A stretch of DNA of 64,000 nt from Lophium mytilinum (taxonomy: Eukaryota): the NCBI GenBank assembly GCA_010093605.1, contig MU004185.1, positions 1,757,334 through 1,821,333 of the forward strand. The letters are read 5' to 3'. The notes under the pieces were generated by a model. It saw nothing but the letters and a program-made list of their open reading frames with translations. It searched no databases and had not been told where the DNA came from. A program made the translations under genes and the position numbers. Positions 1 to 11,365 of the stretch are shown here, piece by piece. The number at the start of each line of letters is the position of its first letter. The first letter of the stretch is position 1.

Positions 1-723
1 CTCACCACTTGGAGGACCAGGCGCACCTGTGGAACTCGTGATACTTTCCCACAACTCTGTGTATGTATGTCTCGAAGGTGGTATGGTTTGAACAAGTCGA
101 TCAGTCTCCGCATTGATTCGTCTGGTCTCCTCATTGAGCTGTAGGGTCTCCTCATTGAGCTGTAGGGTCATCTCATAGAGTGCTCTGATATCCGCCTCGA
201 TGCTTCCGGTTATAGACTCAATTCTTGTCCTTTCCACTAGGGCGAGTCTGCTCTCAGCATGGCCATGCTCTCTCTCAGGAAAGAGTTGCGTGGTCTCCGG
301 CTGAAATGTCTCCGCGATGTCGTATAGTGCTTGAAGTGGCTCTAAAGGCGGTAGTGACACTGGGCGACGCTCCTGTGCTGTCTTTCTTCCCAAATCTCCT
401 CTTGAGGAAGCCAGGCGCGCACGATTCAACGATCGCTGCCCGATAGTATCGATAATCCTCCTACCTGCACCGGCTCCAGATTCTTGCGTGGCTCCATACT
501 GTGATTCCCTAGCAGAAATGGAGAAGTCTGGCGGGATAGGTGTGTGATCAAATGATTCGAGAAGTCCTGTCGGATACGCAATTGGTGTAACAAAATCCGT
601 CGTGAGTTCCAATTTCGGTAACCTGTATGTCGGGGTCGGACTTGCGCACTGTATTGTATACGGTGATGGTGTTTGCTGCTCTAATTCGGGCGTATGCTGC
701 TTTTTGGATAGTGCCTCCGCCAT
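1..723 (-). CDS. Hypothetical protein, 5' part; runs off the window start
   Basis: Manual translation from ATG at 723 (MAEALSKKQHTPELEQQ...) is stop-free for 241 codons to base 1, ending at a possible GTGAG donor. Includes an in-frame 21-bp duplication (TLQLNEE x2, ~124-168). Not in the ORF track. Confidence 0.55.
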   Translation of the reverse strand, partial: MAEALSKKQHTPELEQQTPSPYTIQCASPTPTYRLPKLELTTDFVTPIAYPTGLLESFDHTPIPPDFSISARESQYGATQESGAGAGRRIIDTIGQRSLNRARLASSRGDLGRKTAQERRPVSLPPLEPLQALYDIAETFQPETTQLFPEREHGHAESRLALVERTRIESITGSIEADIRALYEMTLQLNEETLQLNEETRRINAETDRLVQTIPPSRHTYTELWESITSSTGAPGPPSGE

Positions 724-1998
724 CCTACCCTTCGTATGAGGACACTGCCGACCCCTCTTACACTCACAATAACGATCAGACCTCCGCGAGTTTGAACACA
801 AAAAAGGATTGCAAGCCGCCACCACAACGCTGACGAGGATGCTGCGGTGTTAATGGCCAGCGCACGAGCCCGAGGCAGACACAACTAAAAACGCCCTGGC
901 TGTTGGATGAGGGGAATCCAGCCCTACTAGCCCTGCTCCCGTTTCATGATTCGAGGAGATGACCTACCGTGGTTCGTCTATTCTGTCAGCGGAGCAGGAG
1001 GGCTTAGAATAATACGACGCGCGCGCATGAGCGATATCCGGTTCTACTACTGGACACGAGGCATGGCTCCCCACGCCGCTTGCCGCAGTCAGCTCGCCAG
1101 CGGAGGCAGAGAGGTAGCGTGATTGCCTAATGGGCGATAGGTGCCATGGTAGTGAGGAATGTCGTTGGATCTAGGTTGGTTGAGACGAGAATAGACTTCG
1201 CCGTACCAGCTATTTTTGGCGATTCGTCTCAATTGTCATTACGGCATTGCATCATTGATTATATGGAGGTACATACAGTCCCAAAATTGATAATGGGCAC
1301 GAAAATGATGAGGTTCAGATTCTCAGGTAGCTGAGGGATGAGAATGAAATGAGCCTCAGGGAGCCTCCTAAAGTTGAAGTTGCACGGGCCTCAAATTCGC
1401 CTGTCGCTAGAGTTATTCTAAGCCCCATCCAACACCCAAGCCTCTAGAAAAGCCTCTGTGAGGCTGATACTCCTTGTAAGGCTGAAACTGTGCTCGATTT
1501 GAGAGACATATTTACGGTTTCAACAGCCGTAAACTTGCATTAAACAGGAAGGCTAGGAAATCTAGTTCGCTAAACTCCCACGCGCCCCCCGCCCCCCCGC
1601 CGCTCACCACAAGAACACCGGCGGACCACGACAATTGGTGGGCAGTCAACAGTGCAATCCGTGGAATGAGACTACCACCATACTTCCAGATCTGTAAACT
1701 CTTTACCCAGCTACCCCAAGAGGATCATTAGGGTGAACAAAGCTGAGTCGGGTAGCACGTGACACTTAGTCATCTACAAGTCAGCCAAACGACTGATCTA
1801 TACACCCTGAACGGCGAAGCTAGTGCACCTAGTCGGCATGAAAATAGCAAGAATGTGATCCAATTTGGTCACGCTCTTTTGACTCTTTCTAACTCGACGG
1901 TCAGAGTAGATTTCACTATCGCCATGTCCTAAGAACTACATCACTGCCCTTGCTTGACTCCTTCACAGGATGGAAAAGACTTTAAGTATTGAAGAGAT

Positions 1999-3804
1999 CT
2001 AAGGCGGTAGCGCTTGTGCTGCTGATGGGGAAGTTTCGCTACTTGTCAGGAGTTCTACCCAATCCTGCTTATCAAGAGTCTCAGCAAATTCCTTGGCTGT
2101 TCTCCCTTGTGAATCGCGTATACTCTGGTCAATCCCTTCGCTGAAGAGACACATGGCTGTCTTCCGATACCCAAACCCGTCAATACGCACTAGGTCGGCG
2201 CCCTCCAGAAGGCAGTGCAAAGCTGTCTTGCCATCTAGGTTTGTCGCATTGATGTCTCCTCCAGCCTCAATGAGTGTATGGATGGTGAACACGGACGGCC
2301 ATTCCACAGGCCTTTGCCGAGTACTCATCACAGCTTCGAGTAGAGGTGGAGACCCATCATTCCTCCTCGCGACGACGTTGGCTCCAGCGTTCACTAAGAC
2401 GTCGATTACCTCGATGTTATTTTGAAATACGCTAACATGCAGAGCAGTTCTCCCGGTCTGGTCACAGGAGTAAACGCTTGCACCGGCTTCCAGTAGAATC
2501 GTCACGCCTTCGGTGATTGAGCTCGGACATGCCTTCCGTAGAGAAGCTTTTGACTCTGAACCACGGCACAGAGTAAGATTCGCCTCGCACGCTGCAATCA
2601 TGACATGAAGTGGGGACTCGCCTGCATGGTTTGTTGCGTTGACGTTCGCTCCCCGACTGATCAAATAGCGAAGCAAATTGACATATGAGAGATAGGTATC
2701 ATGGATGAGAGAACCGATTTGGTGGAGCACTGTGTCGCCGTTATCATCAGAGGCGTCGATATCTGCTCCTTCATCAAGCAAACATGCGATAACCTTTGTT
2801 CTGCAGCCATTTATTGCGCATAGAAGAGGAGTCATGCCTTTATACACCGTAGACCGTGCTTCCAAGTTGAACCCTCGTTCTACCAGCAACTTTATGGCAC
2901 CTGGTTTCGCCCCAAACATGGCTGTAGTGCCGATGGATTTGCTTGCTTCGGCATCGCATCCTCGCTCGAGCAGCATGCGCAAAGTATCCAGCCTGCCAGC
3001 TCGCGACGCATGGTGCAGCAGAGTGTACTCCCCGGCATCATTCTGCATCCTCCCTCCCTGCTCCAGAAGCGACTCCAGAAACTCCATTGAATAGTATCCA
3101 GCAGCATAATTCATCGGGCTGCTAGAGAGGTGCCTCATGAAATTAAGGTCAGCCCCGTAGTCGAGCAGCGCTCTGAAAAGCTCCATATTTCCTCCGGGCT
3201 GCCGGAGCGCCCACTCCAAAGCCGTTGTGCCGTTCTGGTCCGTCACATTTGGGTCGTAGCCATGCTCCAATAACACTCTCACGACCTCCATATGAGCTGC
3301 TGTGAACGCATCCGCTTCGATCGGCCCTGTCGACACCTTCACGCATTCAGCAAGGGGATGCGTGGTGCCACCGTAGGAGCCCTGGCACGCCGATTTCGCG
3401 CCACGCGCAGCAAACTCCTTGACGATATCGACGTTACCATTGCTAGCTGCGGACAGCAGAGCGGAGTCATCACTGAGAGGAAATTCATTCTTTTTGTCGA
3501 TGTCGGCGCCGTGGGCTAGGAGGAAACGGACGGCTTCCGTTTGGCCGTACTGTGTCGCGAGCACAAGCGCCGGTGCAGTGGACCGAAACTCTTCTCGTCT
3601 GTCTTCGAAACCATGGGAATACGGCGCTTTGTAGTCGATATCAAAGCCGGAGTTGAGGAGGCGGTCGAGGGTAGGGACGTCTCCTGCCGCGGCGGCCTCA
3701 AGCCATATCTTGACGTTTTCGAGGTCGGTGTTGCCAGATGAAGGCATTGCAAAGTGGGAAGAATCGTCGTTCGAGATGCATATTGGGCGCGTTACTTGCA
3801 GCAT
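1999..3804 (-). CDS. Ankyrin repeat protein
   Basis: 601-aa intronless ORF with many G-x-T-[PA]-L-[HL]...L-L-x-x-G-A-D-[IV]-N ankyrin units (GMTPLLCA, GDTVLHQ, GESPLHV, GRTALHV, GKTALHC). Confidence 0.92.
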   Translation of the reverse strand: MLQVTRPICISNDDSSHFAMPSSGNTDLENVKIWLEAAAAGDVPTLDRLLNSGFDIDYKAPYSHGFEDRREEFRSTAPALVLATQYGQTEAVRFLLAHGADIDKKNEFPLSDDSALLSAASNGNVDIVKEFAARGAKSACQGSYGGTTHPLAECVKVSTGPIEADAFTAAHMEVVRVLLEHGYDPNVTDQNGTTALEWALRQPGGNMELFRALLDYGADLNFMRHLSSSPMNYAAGYYSMEFLESLLEQGGRMQNDAGEYTLLHHASRAGRLDTLRMLLERGCDAEASKSIGTTAMFGAKPGAIKLLVERGFNLEARSTVYKGMTPLLCAINGCRTKVIACLLDEGADIDASDDNGDTVLHQIGSLIHDTYLSYVNLLRYLISRGANVNATNHAGESPLHVMIAACEANLTLCRGSESKASLRKACPSSITEGVTILLEAGASVYSCDQTGRTALHVSVFQNNIEVIDVLVNAGANVVARRNDGSPPLLEAVMSTRQRPVEWPSVFTIHTLIEAGGDINATNLDGKTALHCLLEGADLVRIDGFGYRKTAMCLFSEGIDQSIRDSQGRTAKEFAETLDKQDWVELLTSSETSPSAAQALPP

Positions 3805-4249
3805 TGCAGATGGGAGAGGTGATGTACTGTGCCGCCGGGTCTCGGATAAACCTTATTGCGCTCTGCATTTCATTGGTTCTTTGGTGGCGGGGAATTTGGT
3901 AGGTAGGTATACCATGATGATACTTAGCGGTCAACATAAACCGTCAGTCTATCGAGTGGCAATCGCTCTTCTGAAACCTGGTGTTGATGGTGAATTATGA
4001 TAGATCGCGAAACGCGTAACACTTACATAGTAGTCATCCGTTAGGCAACCAAATGGGCACTCTTTGCAGACTATTCTAAATGGAGCTACCACACCTAGTG
4101 TAGATGAAAATAGTAACGGTGTGACCAGATTTGGCAATGTCTTGTCCACCTCTGATATCAGAACAAATCTCTTTCTCGGCATGGTTGTCTTAGATCCATT
4201 CCGTTCAGCAGATACCAATGTTTCGATCATATATAACTTTAACACTCCC

Positions 4250-4405
4250 TCGTCGCCGTTTGAGGTGCCTTGACAAATTAGAAAAGTTCCAAGTATATTC
4301 TTCTGGACACTCAGTCACCACTGTTCGAGGTGCCTCAATGGGCCACAGAGCTTCGAACCTTTTTAGTAGAGCCGCTTGATTGCGACCATTTGAGGTGTTT
4401 CAAAA
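4250..4405. repeat. Three degenerate copies (65-bp period) of the array core in reverse orientation
   Basis: gccgtttgaggtgccttga, ccactgttcgaggtgcctcaa and accatttgaggtgtttcaa, with GAGGTG at 4262, 4327 and 4392. These match the reverse complement of TTGAAGCACCTCAAACGGTGGC from the 10.5-11.2 kb array. Confidence 0.75.
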
Positions 4406-4520
4406 GCGGATAAAACTTCCAACCTTATAGAAAGCCCTTCAAAGCCTGTATCAGACCCAGACCCCCCAACTGCTCGAACGCTGAACGCTTCACAATCCCT
4501 TCCGTCATCCTAAACCAACC

Positions 4521-7350
4521 CTACCTCCCCTCCTCTGCTCCTCTCCCAAACCGCCCAAAACTACTCATATCCCTCCTAAAGAACTTCCCAATATTCTTCA
4601 AATTCCCCTCCAAATTCCCCCCCTTCTCCACCTCCTGCTGCGACGTCTGGCCACCACCCCCCACCCCTCCCATCGTCGCGCTACTCCCCAACGCGGGACT
4701 CCCAAACCGATCCACCCCATCCCTCGCCGCATTCATCAACGCGCTCCCAAACGTCGCCGGATCGAACCTGCCACCCGCAAGCCCCGGCGTCCCCATCGCC
4801 GCCGCATTCCCCAAGCTGCCAATCCCCGTGCCGATATGGCCGGAGGGGATTTGCAAGGGGGTGAGCAGGGGGGATTGCGGGACAAGGTTCGCGTTGGCGG
4901 GCGCGGCGCGGAAGGCAGCGAAGAGGTCGACGAGGGCGGCCTGCTCGGACTTGCGGATGCCCTTGAGTTCGAGGATCTTGCGAAAGTTTGTGTCGGAGCG
5001 GTCGGCGATGTGGATGAGGTAGGCTTGCACGAGGGCTTCGGGGGGCGAGGGGCGCACTTGGAGGGTTTTGAGGAGCGGGTCGGTTTTGGACATGGATTGG
5101 GTGACGCGTTTGACGAAGCTTGAGGAGGTAGAACTTAGTATGAGTGTGTTTTGAGGGGACGGAGGGAGGTACGTACCTAGCTGGGGGCTGTGTGCCGGGC
5201 TCTTCGTTGATGATTGGGATTTCGGTAAAGCCTTTCTTCAGGACGTAGGAGTCTAGGAGCATTTGCTCTGCCCCGACCTCTGATATCGGCTTGCTCTGCA
5301 CGATGTTCGCGATGTAGGTGTTCGCCATCAAGTCGACAAGATTATCGCAGAACGCACGCGCATATTGCTGCTTATGCAGTAGAGCGAGGATTTCGCCTGA
5401 CTTCCCCTTCACGTGCCGCAACAGCTCCGCGACATAGGTGCTCTGATCCCCTACACTTTCAAGCTTGCTCCATGGCGTGTTGCGCATTTCTCTCCAGCTT
5501 GACTCGCAGTCGATCTCGACTTTACGGACAAGAGTTCGAACGGCTGCACTTGCTATACCCATGAAGGCATCGGCCTGGCTTTGGAGGTCGACTTTAGATC
5601 CTAGATCTTCGTCGATACGGGCTTTGATCTTCTCCTCAAGCTGGTTGGACGTAAGATAGCAGTAGTCGGCAGTATTCAAGATAAGCACGATGTCTTCTAG
5701 AGAGGGCCCCTGCGGACCTGGCCGCTCGCTGAGGAAGTGATACAGCACCTGCTGACCATACTGATCGAGGTATTTCGCAAAAGTCGTAGATAGCTCGAGT
5801 AGTCTGGTCCCGGTGGAAAGCTTCGCGCATTGAGCAAGCGTGAGGCGGTAGAAATGGAAGAGTTCCGTTGATGAAGCAATGACAGCCTGAGACGAAAATT
5901 CTTCTTCAGCGTTGCGGAGAGGTTGTTGTCGATACTTGGGTATCAGCGTTCCGAGTTGTCTATTAATATCAGTTATAGGTACCCAAGATACAGATATAAA
6001 GGTCGTACTTGTCTTGAGACTCAACCCAGAGGCTCATATAAGGCTCAAAGGCCTCAGATATAGCCTGGCCAAACGCATGTGGCCGATCGTCTTTCGAAGC
6101 CATGGTGTCTATCGACGACCGCGACTGTCTCATTCAGCATTTGAACTGTAGTTGGAATGACGCTTTTCCTACCTCGTTCAAGAACTTCCTCTCCAGACTG
6201 TGCTCAAAATCTAGAGTCTCTTGCAAACACGAGAGCAATAGATTCACATCCAAAGTCTGGCCATCAGTCCGTCTCGTTGATCGCTGGAGTATGCCCTTGA
6301 AATCGTCTCTCGTGCCTTCGCAGAAAGCATTCGCGAGCATCTCGTTGACCCTCCAGTACGGCGGGAATATTGAAGCATGTTCGACATCGTACGTCTTCAG
6401 CATCCGGTTGAACCACGAATACCTCCTAGAGATATTATCCAGCGAGCCAGCCTGCAAAACAATCAGCCATCAATAACCAATCATTGAGAGCGGTAAGTGA
6501 CTGAATGGAGGAGAGATTCAGGATTAAAAGAATTGGAATTAAAAGTGAAAGTGCGTACTTCATCATTCCCCCGAAACACCTGCCTATACTCCCGCAACTG
6601 TGTATTGCAATACCAATTGACCAGCCTCGCCCTCGCATGCTCCCCCAGCGCATCCATCACCAAACACGACTCTCCTAGCATCGCCTTCCGGGACCCAACC
6701 TCCCCCTTCGCAAATATAACCTCAAAGTCCTCGCAGATCTGCTCGAGTAGCTCCCGCTGTAGATCTGCGACATTCCGACTTAGCGCCGCAATCTGATCAA
6801 TACTCCTATAGCTCTTGAAATGCGCGACGAGTTGTATAACCGCTTGCAGTAGCTGCGCGCACTCGCGGTACTGCCTGCTCTTACTCAAGCTCCGCAGCTG
6901 CTCGTACGCCGTCGTGAGCATCTGCAGGCGCTTCAGCGCGGTCATAGACAGCGTGAGATTCCGCTTCGTGTTGTCAAGCCGTTTGATATCCGCCGTCATC
7001 TCGGTGATAGTCTGTTCCGTTTGAATAGCCCTGGCGCGCACATTCTCGATTTTCCTGAAGAGGTCTGCGAGCTCGGCCTTTGCGGCCTGGATGCGCTGCA
7101 CGCTCGAGGCATCTGAGGCGGTTTGCGAGGCGACGAAGGCGGCGATGTCCTCGTCCAGGTCATCTTGGTAGTTGCGGAGGGTTGCGGAGGTGGCGCGGAC
7201 GGCGGGGAGGGTGGAGGGGTGCGAGAAGATGGCGTTGAGGTGGTCGATGGGGTCGTAGTCCACTATGTTTGGTTTGTCAGTTACGGAAGGGGGTGATTTG
7301 TTTGGAAGAGGGCACCTGAGTATACCGGAGTCCAGAGCAGCTGAAGACAT
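4521..7350 (-). CDS. VPS53: GARP complex subunit Vps53 (multi-exon)
   Basis: Exons encode DYDPIDHLNAIF, ITEMTADIKRLDNTKRNLTLSMTALKRLQMLTTAYEQL, EAGSLDNISRRYSWF, GAEQMLLD and YLIHIADRSDTNFRKILELKG, recognised as Vps53 motifs. Confidence 0.93.
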
Positions 7351-8531
7351 GAAGTCAGTTTACGCCCGCATTGAGACGCACGCGGTTCGAGGGAACCTGG
7401 GTTGGGGGGAAGTGTAATGCGGAAAGAAAGGGAGAGGTAACGTGCAGGGAAATTTAGTTATAACGTATTGTTGGTTACACGTTCTGTTTCATGCGTCGTC
7501 GTCGTCTTCAATGCCAGATATCAGATCGCCAGTCGTTGGCGAGCATGGTCCGAGCGCAAAACGCCATGTCACGACTTCCCCTGACCTCCAACCTCGACAT
7601 TTGACAAACTTTGTGGATAATTGATATTCACCTAGCTCAGCCAATTCAAGTTTTGGTGATTGGTGTTAAAAATTCGACCGTTAGTACTGCTATGTCCATG
7701 CGCGCAAATTTAAAACAATAACACCCGCGTCAAGGTCGACGCCGCACGAATTAGGCTACCTCTTGACTCTCAAACTACATGAGAGCTGAGCCACCCTCGA
7801 ACAGTAGTGAAGGGTGGGCAGAATGAAAAATGTATGTCCCCGTCCTGAGGACGCTCGGGATTCATTCAAATCCGAACTCCTGCTCTGGTAGCAATCCCTG
7901 CACAATCTTTCAGCAGCACATGGCGCCGAGGTCTTTCTATACCCTGATATATACATGTCATTCGCTGGAGGCCCGCTTCTACCGTGTCTAGCTGTTACAG
8001 TCAATAGGTGGCCTAAATTATAGGATCGAGCAGTGACAGTGTCGCCCCTTCTCCCGTGCCTGCAATGTAAATATACCCTGCTTTTACGGAAAGATAACTA
8101 CCCCAATATCTCTTAGAATACTATCAATACTCAGTTCTGTCTACTTCTCTGCCGTTTGTAGTCTTATAGAAGTCCTGTTCTGTAACGTTCTCAATATCTA
8201 GGCGGCACTTTCACCGGTATCAGGGTAGGCTGGGGGCCTTACTACCACGTCGTGGGACTTTATAGTAGATGGTAAGCGATTGCGGACAATACTAATATGT
8301 CGGCCCAGATTTCCACATACCCACCAGTAGGGCCACCCGTAGGGCCTCCCGTAGAAGCGCTCATGGAATCATGCGTTCAACGCTGCGGCCACCTCGAGTA
8401 TAAGTGCAATAGGTAGGTATCATATCGTGCACCTTTCCTCGTGAGCTTAAACCGAACTATCTCGAAGTTCCCAGCCTCAGAACTCCCATTACTTGCCGCC
8501 TCAATAGCATACACTCTAGCACTGTAAAATC

Positions 8532-10415
8532 ATGGCCAGCACACCTTTATCGATGTCAAACAGCGCCTGGGAGCTGGAGTCATGGACTGCAAGAAGTCGC
8601 GAAAGCATCAAAGAGACCGAAAGCCCCACCTCCACGGTCGAAATCTGGAAAGAGAGAAGAACAACCGATTTGTCGGCTCAAGAACCCCTTTATACGACTA
8701 TCAATACCTCGCCACGCTCAGTCCACGGAATTCCTTGGGTAGTCGTCACCGTGACCATCCTCTCGACCGTGTTCGTCTATTCTATGGACAACACAATCGT
8801 CGCCCTCATCCAGCCAAGAATCCTGAACACGCTGGGCCATATCGAGCTGCTGCCTTGGATCCAGGTGGGCTTTTCTATAGTTGCAGTCTCCATGAATCTC
8901 ACATGGTAAGGCTTCACGGTTGCTCATAGAGCTGGTAAGTATCTTGAACGCTGAATTCGCGCACAGGGGCAAACTGTTTAGTCAATTCAACGGAAAGACA
9001 CTCTTCTGCTTCTTCGTTTTCATCTTTATGGTCGGGTCGGCAGTCTGCGGCGCAGCGCCCTCGATGAACGCCTTTATCGTCGGACGAGCTTTAACCGGCG
9101 TCGGAGGTTCTGGGATCTACATGGGCGGCATCATGGTTCTGTCCGCTCTCACCGATGCCGTCGAGAGGCCTATGTATATCAGCTATGTAGGCATGATGTG
9201 GTGTCTTGGTACTTCGTAAGTTGCGTCTTATAAACTGGAGTTTCTTGATATCTAAGCAGTTGCAGTCTAGGTCCGATCATTGGAGGAGTCTTTGCTGATA
9301 GCTCGGCGACTTGGAGATGGGGGTTCTACCTCAATCTCTGCGTTGGCGCTGTCATCGCGCCTCCGCTCCTTCTGAAGATGCCATCTTACGATCCTCGTCC
9401 CGGCGTTCCCATCAAGCAACGGCTTCGCGAGCTTGACTGGGTAAGCATGGTCTTGCTAGTCGGCGCGATCGCGTCCCTTCTTATCGCCATCAGCTTCGGG
9501 GGCTCCAGATACCCTTGGTCGGGCGGGCAGATCATAGGTTCCTTCGTCTGCTCCGGCGTCCTCTGGCTCCTCTTCATCCTGCAGCAGATCTTCTGCCTTT
9601 TCACCACTCGCGAACACCGTCTGTTTCCAGTCGCATTTCTGAAAGACTGGGAGATGTGCGTCCAATTCGTAAACATTGCATGTTCGATGAGCGTTCTCTT
9701 CATCCCCATCTTCATGACGCCCGTGAGTCCAGTACCGCCTCCCACCTCGTCCGTCCCCAAGTTAACACTACCCCAGCTATACTTCCAATTCGTCCGAAGC
9801 GCAGACACCCTCGAAGCAGCCGTGCACCTCCTCCCCTTCGTCATCCTCACCGCCGCCGCCATGATGGTCAACGGCGCCCTCGGCGTCAAACTGGGCTGGT
9901 ACATGCCATGGTATCTCGTCGGCTCGATCCTAGTAGTCATTGGCGCCGCCCTCCTCCAGACAATCTCCCAGACGACCTCCACCTCCAAGATGTACGGGTA
10001 CATCATCCTCATCGCGGTCGGCGTGGGAAGCTATGGCATGATGCCTTTCAGCGTTGCGCAAGCCAAGGTAGACCCGGCGCAAGCGCCCGCAGCGCGCGCG
10101 TTCATTGGATTCGGGCAGATGCTGGGAGCCTCGTTCTCTGTGGCCGTTGCGAACTCGGTTTTCATTAACCGTGCGACGGTGGGGATAAGGCATATTTTGC
10201 CGGAGGAGAGCTTGGGGGCTATCCAGGCGGCCATAGCGGGTGTGAGCGGGAGCATATTTGAGAAATTGAGCAGGGAGGAGAAGAAGGAGGTGTTGGATGC
10301 CATTGTGGCGGCGATAAAAGATGTGTTTGTGATGCCGCTGACGATGGGCGCCGCGACGTTAGTGCTGTCACTGGCTATGAAGAGGGAGCGGTTGGTTGCG
10401 AAAGTTGAGAAATAG
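8532..10415 (+). CDS. MFS drug:H+ antiporter (DHA2/14-TMS-like efflux pump)
   Basis: MDNTIVA motif, GSAVCGAAPSMNAFIVGRALTGVGGSG, WRWGFYLNL and many hydrophobic helices. GT-AG introns at about 8906-8967, 9216-9265 and 9724-9776. Confidence 0.92.
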
Positions 10416-10453
10416 GGCATTTGTGAATGCTTTTTCCAGATGAAAGAGTGGCC

Positions 10454-11240
10454 GGTTGGAAGACCCCAAACGGTGGCAACCTAGTGTCAAAATTAAATGT
10501 ACTGAAACTATTAGAGACAATTGAAGCAACTCAAACAGTGGCAAGCAACTGTCAAACCTGGCTGTGATTGAAAATTTAATAGCTAGTTGAAGCACCCTAA
10601 ACGATGGCGATCAAGTGTTAAAATTGAATATGATCGCAACCTTTGTAACCTGTTGAAGCACCCCAAGCGGTGGTAAGTAGCCGTCTAAATTGAATACGAT
10701 CGGAAGTATAATAGCCATTTGAAGCACCCTAAACGGTGGCAAGCAAGTGTCAAGAATGAACAAAATCGAAAATTTAATAGTCGGTTGAAGCTCCCCAAAC
10801 GCTGGCAAGCAATCGTCCTAAATGAATATGCTCGAAACTTTGATAGCCGATTAAAGCCACTCAAACAGTGGCAAGCGAGTGTCGAGACTAGCTTTGATTG
10901 GAAATTTGGTGGCTGGTTGTAGCGCCTCAAACAGTGGCAAGCAACTGTCCAAAATGAATATAACCGAAGACTTGTTAGCCGATTGGAGCCACTCAAACAG
11001 TGGCAAGCCAGTGTCAAAACAGGTAGTGATCGAAAATTTGTTAGCTGGTTGAAGTACCTCAAATGGTGGCAAGCGAACGTCCAAAATTCCATGAATATGA
11101 TTGAAAATTGAGTAGTCGGTCAAATCACCTCAAACGACGGCGAGCGAGAGGCAAAACTGGCTATCATCGAGTTTTTGATAGTCATTTGATTGAGTTTTTG
11201 ATAGTAAGTTGAAGCACCTCAAACGGTGGCAAGCAAGGTT
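10454..11240. repeat. Degenerate 66-bp tandem array, ~12 units, core TTGAAGCACCTCAAACGGTGGCAAGC
   Basis: Core starts at 10456, 10521, 10587, 10653, 10719, 10785, 10851, 10917, 10983, 11049, 11120 and 11209. Confidence 0.93.
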
Positions 11241-11365
11241 CAAGATGTTCGGCAAGGTACTGAGATTTGAATTACAGGTGATGATAATTATACAATCATA
11301 ATACAATACAATATAATACAATATAACTAGCCTCTCTGTCCCAACTTCTCCTTCTTCCTCCCACG

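Noticed and set aside
10368..11123. Minus-strand ORFs with 22-aa repeats (ACHRL.../CLPLFE...) as a repeat protein
   Set aside because: A by-product of the 66-bp period. Frames are broken by stops and indels, substitutions hit first and second codon positions, and sister arrays have periods such as 65 and 205 bp.
10454..11240. CRISPR array
   Set aside because: The sequences between cores are homologous to each other, the cores are degenerate, the context is eukaryotic, and there are no cas-like genes.
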